Part shown: positions 8,876-18,957 of the stretch, one piece after another
Position numbering within the stretch: the first letter of the stretch is position 1
Layout: every line of letters begins with the position of its first letter
From: Minisyncoccota bacterium
GTDB taxonomy: Bacteria > Patescibacteriota > Minisyncoccia > UBA6257
DNA length: 64,000 nt
Direction: 5' to 3'
Assembly: GCA_028695015.1 (NCBI GenBank)
Contig: JAQVJR010000001.1
Span: 180,498-244,497 of the forward strand
Notes under the pieces: model-generated
The model's input: the letters and a program-made list of their open reading frames with translations, nothing else
Databases searched by the model: none
Told to the model about the DNA's origin: nothing
Position numbers and translations under genes: made by a program

Positions 8876-9601
8876 TTATTCATTAGATAAATCAATTGGG
8901 GTATAAATAATTTGTCGTTCAATTGAGCTAATATGATTTAAAATATTTATCGCCTTAAATTCAATATTATTAAGCCCAGGTAAAAGCATAATCCTATCAT
9001 TAAATTCACCATTTTTCTCTAAAAATATTTCCTTGTCTTTAACAAAAAATCCTTTAGCGCGAATAACCCTACCTGATATTTCAAGCTCTGGCTGAATCGT
9101 AGTAAAATCTTCTAATGGGGAGTAGAGAGTTATCTTTGCTGGTAGAATGAAAAAACTTGCTTCGTAAATAAAGTAAGATAAAATCAAAAACCAAAACATC
9201 CATCTTAAAAATTGCGGTAAAACATTTTTAAAAAACAAGAAAAATTTTGACTCATTGATAAAGAACCTGTTTTCAGGTGGTAAATCATTTTTACCAGAAG
9301 ACAAATTCCTACCATTGCTTTTCTGATAAAGAGCTAATATTTCCTCTTCGTCTAGTTTTAAAAAATTCGCATATTTTTTAATAATGCCTCTTAAATAAAC
9401 TGGGGGTGGCAAGTTTTCATAAGCATTATTTTCTATATCTCTAATAATAGAAGCTAAAATCTTTGTTTCTTCAGCAGTTTTTTCTATACTATATCCTTTA
9501 TCTAAACGTATTTGTTTTAAAAACTCTCCACAAGATTTCATTTCCTCAACTCCTCCAATAGTATTCTTATCTTCAGTGTTTGTTTTTTTATTCTCTGCCA
9601 T
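8876..9601 (-). CDS. RodZ-like HTH membrane protein
   Basis: HTH_25-like N-terminus (GEFLKQIR...[16 protein letters not shown]), TM helix, Ig-like C-terminus; downstream of ftsK. Confidence 0.8.
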   Translation of the reverse strand: MAENKKTNTEDKNTIGGVEEMKSCGEFLKQIRLDKGYSIEKTAEETKILASIIRDIENNAYENLPPPVYLRGIIKKYANFLKLDEEEILALYQKSNGRNLSSGKNDLPPENRFFINESKFFLFFKNVLPQFLRWMFWFLILSYFIYEASFFILPAKITLYSPLEDFTTIQPELEISGRVIRAKGFFVKDKEIFLEKNGEFNDRIMLLPGLNNIEFKAINILNHISSIERQIIYTPIDLSNE

Positions 9602-11738
9602 AATCATCTTCTTGACTTTGTTTTACAAAAACTTCTCGCGGTTTTGCTCCATCAACAGGACCAATAATCCCATTTTCTTCTAAAACATCTAAAAGACGTG
9701 CTGCCCTAGCATAACCAATTCTTAATCTCCTTTGCAGCAATGAAGCTGAGGCTTTTCCTGCCTTAACAACTATTTCATATGCCTCAGGATACAACTCATC
9801 TTCTTCTATGTTACTCCACTGATCCAAATCTATTTCCTTAAAAGACGAAGGTGTTTTTACAAATTCCTCTAAATCACCTGCTAATCCATTTTCTTCTGTT
9901 TCCATTTGCTTGCTTGATTCTTTAATAAATCCAATTAATTTACTCACTTCTTGTTCTGAAACATATGGGCTTTGTACTCGAATTGGCTTGGATGAATCAG
10001 GAGCCAAATAAAGCATATCTCCACTGCCTAATAATTTTTCTGCACCACCCATATCTAAAATGGTCCTAGAATCAACTTGAGAAGCTACTTGAAAAGCAAT
10101 ACGTGTAGTAATATTTGCTTTTATCAAACCAGTTATTACTTCAACTGAAGGTCTTTGAGTAGATAAAACTAAATGAATTCCAGTTGCCCGAGCCATCTGA
10201 GCAATCCTAATAATCAAAGCTTCTAAATCACGACCATAACTAACCATTAAATCTGCTAATTCATCTATAAATATCACCATATATGGCAAAGTTGATTCTT
10301 TTTGAGCAATTGCCTTAGAATTAAATCTCTCTATATCCCGCACTTTATAATCAGCTAATAAAGCATATCTTTTCTCCATTTCATTTACCACCCAGCGAAG
10401 AACTGGTAGAACTTTTTTATTATCAGTAATTACTGGCGTAATTAAATGACTGATATCATTATAAGAAGATAGCTCAACTCTTTTAGGATCTATTAAAACC
10501 AGCCTTAAGGTTTCTGGAGAATTCTTAAAAAGAAAAGAAGAAAGAATGCTATGAATACAAACAGACTTTCCAGCTCCAGTGGCTCCAGCAATCAATAGAT
10601 GAGGCATTTTACTTAAATCAGCTAATAAAGGCTCTCCTTTTACATTTCTACCTAAGATAAATGACAAAGGGTCAGCTGTTTTTTGAAAATCAGTTTCTTT
10701 AAATAAACTTCCTAATCTAACTAGAGATATTGATTTATTAGGCACCTCAATGCCCACCAAAGATCTGCCAGGAATTGGGGCTTCTATTCTTAAAGGATGA
10801 GCTGCTAAGGCTAAGGCCAAGTCATTTTGAAGTGTAGTAATATTTGAAAGCTTTACTCCTTCAACTGGCTTTAAAGTATATTGAGTCACTGTTGGCCCTA
10901 CATTAACCTCTCCCATTTCAACTTCTATACCAAAACTTTGAAGAGTTCTTTTTATGATATTAGCATTTATCTTAATATCGCCAACTCTTGGCTGAGTATA
11001 TTCAGTATCTAAAAGAGATAAGGAAGGAAACTTGTATTTGCCTTTTAACTTTAATGGACTAATAACAGCTTTTTCCTCTTTTATTTTTACAGGCTCTTTA
11101 ATTTCTTCTTTAAGTTTTTCTTGTTTTTGAGCTTCTTTATTTAAAACTTCAGCTTCAAAAATTGCTGCTTCTTCAGCTTTAGAAAGTGCAGGGGATAAAG
11201 TCGCTTCTGGTTCTTTTTCTCTTTTTTGAAAAAACTTAAGAGGGATGTTTAATATTAACAAAAACCCAGAAACCAAAACTGCTAAATAGATAATCAAAGT
11301 AGCCCAAGGTCCTAAAAAGCGCTCTAAAGAACCACCAAATAAACCAATTAAACCTCCTTTTTCTTTTAAGAAAACTTCTGAGATAGATAACAAAGATAAA
11401 AGAATGAGGAAACAACCTAAAAAAGTAAAAAAATTCAAATTAATTTTTTTTGTTAAAGAGCGTAAATAATTAATAGCAATGATAATCAATAAACCTGGAA
11501 GAATAAAATAACCCCAACCTAAAAGATAATCTAAAACCTTAAAAATATTTTTCCCAAAAGGACCAGCTAAATCAAAAGCACTTAATAACAATATTAAAGA
11601 AATGGCTAAAAAAAGAACAGCTAAAAGACTGTTTTTTACCTCAGTATCTAAAGTTTCTTCTGGGATAATTCTTCTAAAGAAATTTTTTCCAGAATTTAAA
11701 AAATTAATCTTTAAATCCTTTCTTTTTTTTCTAGCCAT
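9588..11738 (-). CDS. ftsK: DNA translocase FtsK
   Basis: 4TM region, GATGAGKS, IDELADLM, gamma domain SLLQRRLRIGYARAARL. Confidence 0.97.
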   Translation of the reverse strand: MARKKRKDLKINFLNSGKNFFRRIIPEETLDTEVKNSLLAVLFLAISLILLLSAFDLAGPFGKNIFKVLDYLLGWGYFILPGLLIIIAINYLRSLTKKINLNFFTFLGCFLILLSLLSISEVFLKEKGGLIGLFGGSLERFLGPWATLIIYLAVLVSGFLLILNIPLKFFQKREKEPEATLSPALSKAEEAAIFEAEVLNKEAQKQEKLKEEIKEPVKIKEEKAVISPLKLKGKYKFPSLSLLDTEYTQPRVGDIKINANIIKRTLQSFGIEVEMGEVNVGPTVTQYTLKPVEGVKLSNITTLQNDLALALAAHPLRIEAPIPGRSLVGIEVPNKSISLVRLGSLFKETDFQKTADPLSFILGRNVKGEPLLADLSKMPHLLIAGATGAGKSVCIHSILSSFLFKNSPETLRLVLIDPKRVELSSYNDISHLITPVITDNKKVLPVLRWVVNEMEKRYALLADYKVRDIERFNSKAIAQKESTLPYMVIFIDELADLMVSYGRDLEALIIRIAQMARATGIHLVLSTQRPSVEVITGLIKANITTRIAFQVASQVDSRTILDMGGAEKLLGSGDMLYLAPDSSKPIRVQSPYVSEQEVSKLIGFIKESSKQMETEENGLAGDLEEFVKTPSSFKEIDLDQWSNIEEDELYPEAYEIVVKAGKASASLLQRRLRIGYARAARLLDVLEENGIIGPVDGAKPREVFVKQSQEDDYGRE

Positions 11739-11817
11739 TTTATTAAATCACACTAGGTATTTTAACATAAAAAGGGGCTTTAATAAACCCCCGTTTTAAA
11801 ACCTTCTTTTTTAAATT

Positions 11818-12300
11818 TTAGGTATATCTATCTGCCACTTTAGTTGCTCCATATGATTCAGGCTTGGTTTTAACCTGAAAACCATAACCCCTTACCATAC
11901 CAATAATTTCTTGAAGCATATCTCTAGTGGCTCCTTTACTGCCAATATCAACATGAACTTCAAAATCAAAAACAATATCTTTGTTTTGTGACAAATTTAA
12001 TAAAACTTCTCCAGCTAATTTTAAAGACATCATCACTTCTTGATAGATTCTTGCCCTTAAACTATCTATCTTTTTCTGATTGAGTCGTCGCCAAAAAAAC
12101 CTTCCTCCATGTCCTTCTCGATAAACTACAATTGCGCTTACAAAATCTGTGGTGCCATGATTAGCAGAATCAGTACCAATAACAATCTTGTATTTCTCTT
12201 GAGGTTCTTCTTTAATATAAAAAAGCACTTCTTTTAAAAGTTCTTTATAAGTAAAAGTTTTCCCACTAGGAGAATGAAATTGTTTATCAATATTTTTCAT
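11818..12300 (-). CDS. RNase H-like YkuK/DUF458 family protein
   Basis: IVIGTDS, EVHVDIG, KPESYGATKVADRY. Confidence 0.85.
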   Translation of the reverse strand: MKNIDKQFHSPSGKTFTYKELLKEVLFYIKEEPQEKYKIVIGTDSANHGTTDFVSAIVVYREGHGGRFFWRRLNQKKIDSLRARIYQEVMMSLKLAGEVLLNLSQNKDIVFDFEVHVDIGSKGATRDMLQEIIGMVRGYGFQVKTKPESYGATKVADRYT

Positions 12301-12308
12301 TAACTAAC

Positions 12309-12509
12309 TTAGTAATTCATAAAAGGAAGCAATCCAGCCACTCGAGCTCTTTTAACTGCTTTCTTTAATAAACGTTGATGTTTAGCACATAGATTAGTTT
12401 TTCTTCTAGGAAGAATCTTCATCTGGCTTGAGATAAAACGTTTTAAGGATTCAACATCTTTATAATCTATTTCTTTTTTATTCTGAAGACAGAAATAACA
12501 TTGATTCAT
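12309..12509 (-). CDS. rpsR: 30S ribosomal protein S18
   Basis: CYFC..IDYKD..L..F, CAKHQR, AR..GLLPF. Confidence 0.97.
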   Translation of the reverse strand: MNQCYFCLQNKKEIDYKDVESLKRFISSQMKILPRRKTNLCAKHQRLLKKAVKRARVAGLLPFMNY

Positions 12510-12526
12510 AAACTTTAAAATTAATA

Positions 12527-14011
12527 TTACTGTTTAGCCACACTTTTAAGATAAGAAATATCTTGTGCATATCTATCAGCAATAGCTAAGACACTATCAC
12601 CATAAAAACGATATTTTGTATTTGTACTTCCAGAGAAATAAATCATTGCTGCTCTCCATTCTGCATCTCTTGTTTGTTGTGTTGCTCCCCATTTAGCAAG
12701 ATACAAACCAGCAGCAACAAAAGCATCTTTAATGTCCCAAGGATTTGCTGGATAATTACCTGTAATACTAGAAACTTGGTCTTTGTATGACATCCAAGTT
12801 GAAGGGATGAACTGCGCTGGTCCCATTGCTCCACCCCAACCCATTTGTTGTCCTCCTTGATACATTGGGCAAGATACAGGAGTTGTATCAGGATCTATTC
12901 CTAATTCTTGGCAAATTTTCAAAAATGGTGCTTGATCTCTATCAGGCTTCATTACCTCACGCCAGCTTTTATATGCTGGGTCTCCAGCACGATTACAAGT
13001 GCCAACATTTTGCCCTAAATTAGATTCCTGAGTTAATACAGCCAAGAGCAAAGCTGGTCTCACGCCAAGGCGACTACTAACCCAATTAGCTATGTCTAAA
13101 GCCTCGCCAAAAGTAACTTGAGTTTTAACTCCTAGCAATTGATAAATTCTGCCTTTAATTTCTGTAGCTTTTTGTCTAGATTCAGCTAACATTTGCTGAT
13201 ATCTTTGTTCATTGCCTTTGGTTACTTCTAATAAATTACCTTGTTCTTTTCTTGTTTTTTCCAAGTCTTGTTGTTGAAGCATTTGCATTGCTAATAATAA
13301 CTGCGTTTCTTCCTTGTTGCTTGTTAATTCTTGACTCTGGTTATTTAAAGTAACTCTTAATTCCCCTAATTCTTTAATATTCTCTAAAATCTTTTCTTGA
13401 ATACTATGCAAGGCATTTGAATAATCAAAAAACTCACTAATTGTTTCTGAGCCAAGTAATATTTCTACTAGGGAAGTTTGGTCTAATTGAGAATAAGTTT
13501 GAAGCAAATTAGATAAATTATTCTTAGTGGTATTGATTTTATCATTTGTCTGAACAATTGAAGTTGTTGTTTCATCAATCCTAACATTAAGATATTCCAA
13601 ATTAAGATTAGTAGACTTAATTTGTAAATTAATTTTATCTGCTCTGTTCTTTAACTCATTAATCTTATTTTGTAAAGCAGCTTTTTCCTGCTGAGTTGTA
13701 GCTACCAATCCCTCATATTGTGCAATTTCTTTTTCCACTGCTTCTAACTCTTTTTGTAGCCTTGCCCTTTCTTCATCATTAGAAGCAATTGCTTCTCGAG
13801 ACTGAAAGAAAATAGGCGCCATTACATTATTTTGAATAACAGAAGTTAAAAGAAAAAATAAAACTATAAAAGAAATCGTCTTTTGTTGAATTATTTTTTT
13901 ATTCCAAGAAGAAAAACAAAAAGTATTCTTCTTTTTTTCTACAATCTTATTTGCCTTGCCTAAAGAAGAAATATCTCTGACTTTTTTTCTAGTAATTGAT
14001 TTGATATGCAT
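12527..14011 (-). CDS. Coiled-coil lytic murein transglycosylase
   Basis: TM helix, long coiled coil, C-terminal QES and [13 protein letters not shown] motifs; start moved to MHIKS to remove overlap with rplY. Confidence 0.85.
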   Translation of the reverse strand: MHIKSITRKKVRDISSLGKANKIVEKKKNTFCFSSWNKKIIQQKTISFIVLFFLLTSVIQNNVMAPIFFQSREAIASNDEERARLQKELEAVEKEIAQYEGLVATTQQEKAALQNKINELKNRADKINLQIKSTNLNLEYLNVRIDETTTSIVQTNDKINTTKNNLSNLLQTYSQLDQTSLVEILLGSETISEFFDYSNALHSIQEKILENIKELGELRVTLNNQSQELTSNKEETQLLLAMQMLQQQDLEKTRKEQGNLLEVTKGNEQRYQQMLAESRQKATEIKGRIYQLLGVKTQVTFGEALDIANWVSSRLGVRPALLLAVLTQESNLGQNVGTCNRAGDPAYKSWREVMKPDRDQAPFLKICQELGIDPDTTPVSCPMYQGGQQMGWGGAMGPAQFIPSTWMSYKDQVSSITGNYPANPWDIKDAFVAAGLYLAKWGATQQTRDAEWRAAMIYFSGSTNTKYRFYGDSVLAIADRYAQDISYLKSVAKQ

Positions 14012-14021
14012 TAGAATAAAA

Positions 14022-14729
14022 TTAATCTTTTTTTTCCTCTTGCTGCTCTTCTTCCTCGCTTTCTTCTTTCTTTTCTTCTTCTTTATCAACTTTTTCAGCC
14101 TCACCTTCTACCTCAACATCTTCTACTGTCTTAGCTTCTCCTAACTCTTTCTCTAATTCTTCTTCTGAGATAGGCTCACTAATACTAGCTATTGGCGTCT
14201 CTTCATCCACTAACACTTTAACCTCTGAAGGAAATTTAATATCTTTAATATAGATTGTCTGATTAAAATCAATTAATTTAGAAATATCAACTGGAATTTC
14301 ATGAGGCAAATCTTTTGGTAATGCTTCTACTTCTATTTCATTCATTGATTTAACTAAAATTCCACCTTTAGCAATTGCTGGAGATTCACCAAAGAAATTT
14401 ACTGGAACATGAGCTTTTATTAACTTATCCATCTCCACTTCATAAAAATCAATATGTATTGGTTGACCATTTAAAAAATGATAACTTACATCTTGCACTA
14501 AAACATTTCTTACTTGTTTCTTGCCTTGTTCTTCAAATTCTAAATCTATAATGTTTGTATCTCCTGATTTTTTATAAATTGTATGAAAATCCTGCGCCTT
14601 GATTTCTAAGGGATAACTTTCTATTTTTTTACCATAAAGAATGGCTGGAATTAATCCTTTTTTCCTTAAGTTTTTATTTTTTTTGCCAAAAATATTTCTT
14701 TTTTCAGCTTTTAAAATTAGTTTTTCCAT
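14022..14729 (-). CDS. rplY: 50S ribosomal protein L25/CTC
   Basis: LRKKGLIPAILYG, HIDFY, acidic tail. Confidence 0.95.
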   Translation of the reverse strand: MEKLILKAEKRNIFGKKNKNLRKKGLIPAILYGKKIESYPLEIKAQDFHTIYKKSGDTNIIDLEFEEQGKKQVRNVLVQDVSYHFLNGQPIHIDFYEVEMDKLIKAHVPVNFFGESPAIAKGGILVKSMNEIEVEALPKDLPHEIPVDISKLIDFNQTIYIKDIKFPSEVKVLVDEETPIASISEPISEEELEKELGEAKTVEDVEVEGEAEKVDKEEEKKEESEEEEQQEEKKD

Positions 14730-14772
14730 GTTATTCCTGCTTATTGTAGCGAAAAATCATCTAAAAAGCAAA

Positions 14773-15426
14773 TTAATTACTTTCTGAATCTGCTAAGATA
14801 TTTTGAAAATACATAATTCTTTCTAAGGGATCTTTATCTTTAAAAATAGCTGACCCAATAGCTACAAAATCCACTCCAGATTTTTTCACCTCTCTTATAT
14901 TTTCTTCATTAATACCTCCGTCTATCTCACATCTAATATGCGGAAGCTTAGATTTAATTTTTTTTATTCTATCTAATACAAACCACTGAAATTTTTGCCC
15001 TGAAGGCCCAGGCGAAACTCCTAGAATTGTTACAAAATTAATCTTACTTAAATACTGATCAAGGTTTTCAAAAGGAGTTTCTGGATTAATAGCTATCCCT
15101 AACTCAGTTTCTTTCTCCTTACACAAACTTAAAAGTAAATCAAAATCTTTTATAGCCTCAAGATGAATTATTACTCTCTTAGGAGCTACTTCTAACCAAT
15201 AGGGAAGTACTAATTCTGGATTATGAACCATTAAGTGAAGTTCAAATTTCTTTTCTATTTTCTTAATTTTTTTTAAAACTTCTGGACTATTCCATGTTTT
15301 CCAAGCTGTAAATTTACCATCAGCAATGTCAATTTGAAACAAACCATCAAGCTCTTGAAGTAAACGGATTCTTTCCTTTAACTTCTGAATTGTTTTTGTA
15401 TTAATAACTGGAATAAGATTAGCCAT
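14773..15426 (-). CDS. rpe: Ribulose-phosphate 3-epimerase
   Basis: IDIADGKF, ELHLMV, PGPSGQKF, IDGGIN. Confidence 0.92.
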   Translation of the reverse strand: MANLIPVINTKTIQKLKERIRLLQELDGLFQIDIADGKFTAWKTWNSPEVLKKIKKIEKKFELHLMVHNPELVLPYWLEVAPKRVIIHLEAIKDFDLLLSLCKEKETELGIAINPETPFENLDQYLSKINFVTILGVSPGPSGQKFQWFVLDRIKKIKSKLPHIRCEIDGGINEENIREVKKSGVDFVAIGSAIFKDKDPLERIMYFQNILADSESN

Positions 15427-15449
15427 AATAATAAAACAATAAATTTATT

Positions 15450-15890
15450 TTATTTAGGTAATTCATTAATTTTTTTAATTCTTCTTAAGTAGCGAGGCTC
15501 TTGTTTAAAATTAGCTTTAAGCCATTGAGAAACAATTAATTTAGCCTTTGCTGGTTCTGTAGAATCAGCAGCTAAACATAAAATATTAATATCTATAGCT
15601 TTTTTAGCTTCTTTTGCTATTAAATCAGAAAGGCAAAGACCTGCTCTAATACCTTTAAACTTATTAGCCACAATACTCATCCCGATCCCAGAGCCACAAA
15701 TTAAAATTCCCTGATTCTTCTTGCCCTCAGAAACTTTTAAAGCAACCTTAATTGCAAAATCAGGATAATCATCTTCTAAGTCATATTTTGAATTTCCTAA
15801 ATCAACAAATTCTATTTTCTCTTTATTCAAGAAATCTTTAATTTCTTCTTTCAGATAAAAACCTCGATGATCTGCTCCTAAATATAGCAT
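15450..15890 (-). CDS. rpiB: Ribose-5-phosphate isomerase B
   Basis: GADHRG, DYPD, ICGSGIGMSIVANKFKGIRA; start set at MLYLG. Confidence 0.95.
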   Translation of the reverse strand: MLYLGADHRGFYLKEEIKDFLNKEKIEFVDLGNSKYDLEDDYPDFAIKVALKVSEGKKNQGILICGSGIGMSIVANKFKGIRAGLCLSDLIAKEAKKAIDINILCLAADSTEPAKAKLIVSQWLKANFKQEPRYLRRIKKINELPK

Positions 15891-15891
15891 G

Positions 15892-16902
15892 TTATGATTT
15901 TTTAATCTGCTGTAATAAAGTTGAAGAATAGGCCCATTCATTATCATACCAAATAAGAATTTTTACTAAATCTTTATCAATTACTTTAGTAAAACTCAAA
16001 TCTATAATTGCCGGTACTAAAGTTCCAATTATATCAGAGGAAACTACTGACTGTTCTGTTGCTTCAACAATTCCCTGCCATTTTTTTTCTTTTATTGCTT
16101 GTTTTAAAACCTCATTAATTTCTTCTACTGAAGTTGGTTTTTTAGAAACAAAAGTAATATCAGCAATTGAACCACAAATTACAGGCACTCTTAAGGCAAT
16201 GCCATCAAATTTATCTTTAAGATTTTTTATGACCTTAGTTACGCATTTAGCTGCTCCAGTAGTTGAAGGTATTATATTCTGACCAGCTGCCCTTCCTCGA
16301 CGCCAGTCTTTTAAATCAGGACCATCAACAGAACGTTGAGAAGAAGTATAAGCATGAACCGTATTCAAAACAGCTTTTTTAATACCAATAGTTTCTTCTA
16401 ATATCTGAATAACTGGTGCAACCGCATTAGTGGTGCAAGAACCATTAGAGATTACATCAAATTTTGTAAAATCTTCATCATTAATACCTAAAAGCACTGT
16501 TCTCCCTTCTTGTTCTTCTCCTTGCCCAGCTGGAGCAGTAATAATAACTTTTTTAGCCCCAGCTTTAATATGAGCTTGGGCTTTAGAATAATCAGTAAAA
16601 ACACCAGTTGCCTCTATAACCACATCTATTCTTAATTCTTTCCAAGGAAGGTTTTTGGGATCTTTTTCCTGAAAAAATGCAATGTTTTTATCTTCTACTT
16701 TTAATTTTCCTTTTGTTCCTTCAAAAACAGGTATCACTTCTTTATCATATCTTCCATAAACAGTATCATGTTTTAAAAGATAAGTTAGGTTTTCTATTTC
16801 TGCCAAATCATTAATAGCAACAATTTCTATCATTGGGTCTTCAAAAGCTAAACGAAAAAAAGATCTTCCAATCCTGCCAAAACCATTAATTGCAATACGC
16901 AT
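15892..16902 (-). CDS. gap: Glyceraldehyde-3-phosphate dehydrogenase, type I
   Basis: INGFGRIGR, SCTTN, WYDNEW. Confidence 0.97.
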   Translation of the reverse strand: MRIAINGFGRIGRSFFRLAFEDPMIEIVAINDLAEIENLTYLLKHDTVYGRYDKEVIPVFEGTKGKLKVEDKNIAFFQEKDPKNLPWKELRIDVVIEATGVFTDYSKAQAHIKAGAKKVIITAPAGQGEEQEGRTVLLGINDEDFTKFDVISNGSCTTNAVAPVIQILEETIGIKKAVLNTVHAYTSSQRSVDGPDLKDWRRGRAAGQNIIPSTTGAAKCVTKVIKNLKDKFDGIALRVPVICGSIADITFVSKKPTSVEEINEVLKQAIKEKKWQGIVEATEQSVVSSDIIGTLVPAIIDLSFTKVIDKDLVKILIWYDNEWAYSSTLLQQIKKS

Positions 16903-16917
16903 ATTTTTAAATAAAAA

Positions 16918-17451
16918 TTAATTTTTTAATAACTCAATAATTGTTTCTCCAAACTTTTTAGCTGCTTCAGGTCCATTAGCTGTAACAATTTGTCCACTAA
17001 CCACTATTGGTTCATCTTTGTACATCGCCCCTTTTTCTTTTAAAATTTCAATATATTCTTTATTTAAAGCTGATGACCAAACTGTTGCTTCTTTGTCTTT
17101 AAGAACCCCTGCTTTAGCCAAAAGAGCTGGAGCAACACAAATTGCCGTTATTAATTTATTTTCTTTATGAAAATCTTTTGCTAAATTCTGAAACATTTCA
17201 TTATCTAATTTTTCAGCCATTCCAGAGCCTCCACAAAAAACTACTGCTTCATATTTTGCTACCTGGACATCTTTAACTATTAAATCAACAACCGCTTCAC
17301 CACCTAAAACACCTTTGGCTATTCCTTTTTCTAGACTTGTTGTCTCTGTTTCAAAACCTGCCTGTTCAAATATCTCTTTAGGGATAAAATATTCTTCATC
17401 CCGAAAATCATCAAAAGAAACTACCATTAAAATTTTCTTTTTTTCTTTCAT
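16918..17451 (-). CDS. DJ-1/PfpI family protein
   Basis: FRDEE, FCGGSG, AICVAP, VTANGP. Confidence 0.92.
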   Translation of the reverse strand: MKEKKKILMVVSFDDFRDEEYFIPKEIFEQAGFETETTSLEKGIAKGVLGGEAVVDLIVKDVQVAKYEAVVFCGGSGMAEKLDNEMFQNLAKDFHKENKLITAICVAPALLAKAGVLKDKEATVWSSALNKEYIEILKEKGAMYKDEPIVVSGQIVTANGPEAAKKFGETIIELLKN

Positions 17452-17632
17452 TGTTTCTAGTAATTTTTTTAAAAGATTCTTTATTTAAAAGATTTTCTGA
17501 ATTTTTCTTAAATACTCTAGGAGTAAAAGAAAGATTCTACATAATTAATCTCCTAATTACAAAATCAAAATTACAAGATAATAAGATTTTCTTATCATCT
17601 ACCTAATTATAACATAAACAAGCTAGCCTTCA

Positions 17633-17661
17633 AAAACAGCGCTTTATCCAGCGCTGTTTTC
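17633..17661 (-). terminator. Intrinsic terminator downstream of the glutaredoxin gene
   Basis: AAAACAGCGCT...AGCGCTGTTTT inverted repeat. Confidence 0.75.
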
Positions 17662-17667
17662 TTAATT

Positions 17668-17907
17668 TTATGATTCATTAAGTGCCAGTATTTCTTCTAT
17701 TAATGGCTTATTGAAACCAATAATAACCTTATCTCCCATTTCTATCACTGGAACTCCTGTTTGACCGCTTTTCTCTATCATTAACTGAGCAGCTTTTTCA
17801 TCAAGACTAACATCTATATCCTCAAAAGGCATATCTAGTGACTTGAAAAAATCTTTCGCAGCAACACACCAAGGACAATTTGGGGTTGAATAAATTTTAA
17901 TCGTCAT
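17668..17907 (-). CDS. Glutaredoxin-like (NrdH/YruB-type) protein
   Basis: CPWC, SGQTGVPV, IIGF. Confidence 0.9.
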   Translation of the reverse strand: MTIKIYSTPNCPWCVAAKDFFKSLDMPFEDIDVSLDEKAAQLMIEKSGQTGVPVIEMGDKVIIGFNKPLIEEILALNES

Positions 17908-17912
17908 GTTTT

Positions 17913-18878
17913 TTATTCACAATTAGCATTACCTCCTATTAAATCCAAGTCTTCATAAGAAGGAGAAAATCCTGCTGCTGCTTGTTCTTCTGTTAATACT
18001 TGAGAGCAAAACTCTGGTGCTGTATTAAAACCACAACAGATTACTGTTTTTACCGCTTCTGCTGTTCGGCCACCAAAATCAAATTCACTAACATTCTCTT
18101 CATTAAGAATCAATGTTGGTGAACCAGTCACCTCATATTTATCTTGATCGTCAAAATCTCCTTGAGCATATTTTATTCCTTTAAATTCATCTTGCATACA
18201 TTGTTCTAAAGCATTAGTATCTACAGAAGCTGACACTAAGCATTCTTGTGCTTCACCTTCTTTCAGAAAACAATCAATATACTGCCAATATTTATCTTTT
18301 TGTTCATCCCTAATACAAATCTGTCTTAAATTTTCTTCAGCTTCTTCATCTCCATGCATGGCTGCAATTTGCCCATTTTGAATTTCTCCCATATAAGCAA
18401 CCTTAATATAATTACTTAATTCAGGAATATTTTTTACTATTTCATTTAAAATTCTCAACATTTGAGTACCAAATGGACAATAGCTAACAACAAAAGCTTT
18501 TAAAACCGGTTGTTCTTTTTTACTTAAATCTTCACAAGTCTGAGCCACCTCTTGTTCTTCTTCTTGCATTGTAATTCCTTCAGGGAAAAGAATTTTTCCA
18601 TCTTTAGTTACAAAAGAATCATATTCTATATCATCAATCTTCATTTTGAATTTATAAACTCCGCTTTCTTCGACAACAGAAACTAAAGTTGCTCCGCCTT
18701 CTTCTTCTGTTAGTCCAAAAAAATTAAAGTTGATATAATCAACAGCTTTTTGTGCTAAGGTTTCTGCCTTTTTGTTATTAAATAACTTAGCTGAAATCCC
18801 ATTTTTACTGCCATAGCCAACTAAAAAAGCAACTACCATTAAAATGATTAAGAGAAAAGAAATATTTATTTTCTTCAT
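17913..18878 (-). CDS. Membrane-anchored thioredoxin-fold (DsbA/GILT-like) protein
   Basis: SYCPFG, MHGDEE, GSPTL cis-Pro loop. Confidence 0.7.
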   Translation of the reverse strand: MKKINISFLLIILMVVAFLVGYGSKNGISAKLFNNKKAETLAQKAVDYINFNFFGLTEEEGGATLVSVVEESGVYKFKMKIDDIEYDSFVTKDGKILFPEGITMQEEEQEVAQTCEDLSKKEQPVLKAFVVSYCPFGTQMLRILNEIVKNIPELSNYIKVAYMGEIQNGQIAAMHGDEEAEENLRQICIRDEQKDKYWQYIDCFLKEGEAQECLVSASVDTNALEQCMQDEFKGIKYAQGDFDDQDKYEVTGSPTLILNEENVSEFDFGGRTAEAVKTVICCGFNTAPEFCSQVLTEEQAAAGFSPSYEDLDLIGGNANCE

Positions 18879-18957
18879 ATTTTTATTATTGATTTGTTAT
18901 TTATTTTATTTAACTCATTCAAGATAAAGTCAATGAAAAAAGCTTATCAAATTTTTC

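Noticed and set aside
14012-14104. Poly-Lys N-terminal extensions on the transglycosylase ORF (also on tig, rsmA and rpiB)
   Set aside because: They are artefacts of longest-ORF calling into neighbouring genes; downstream ATGs give normal proteins.
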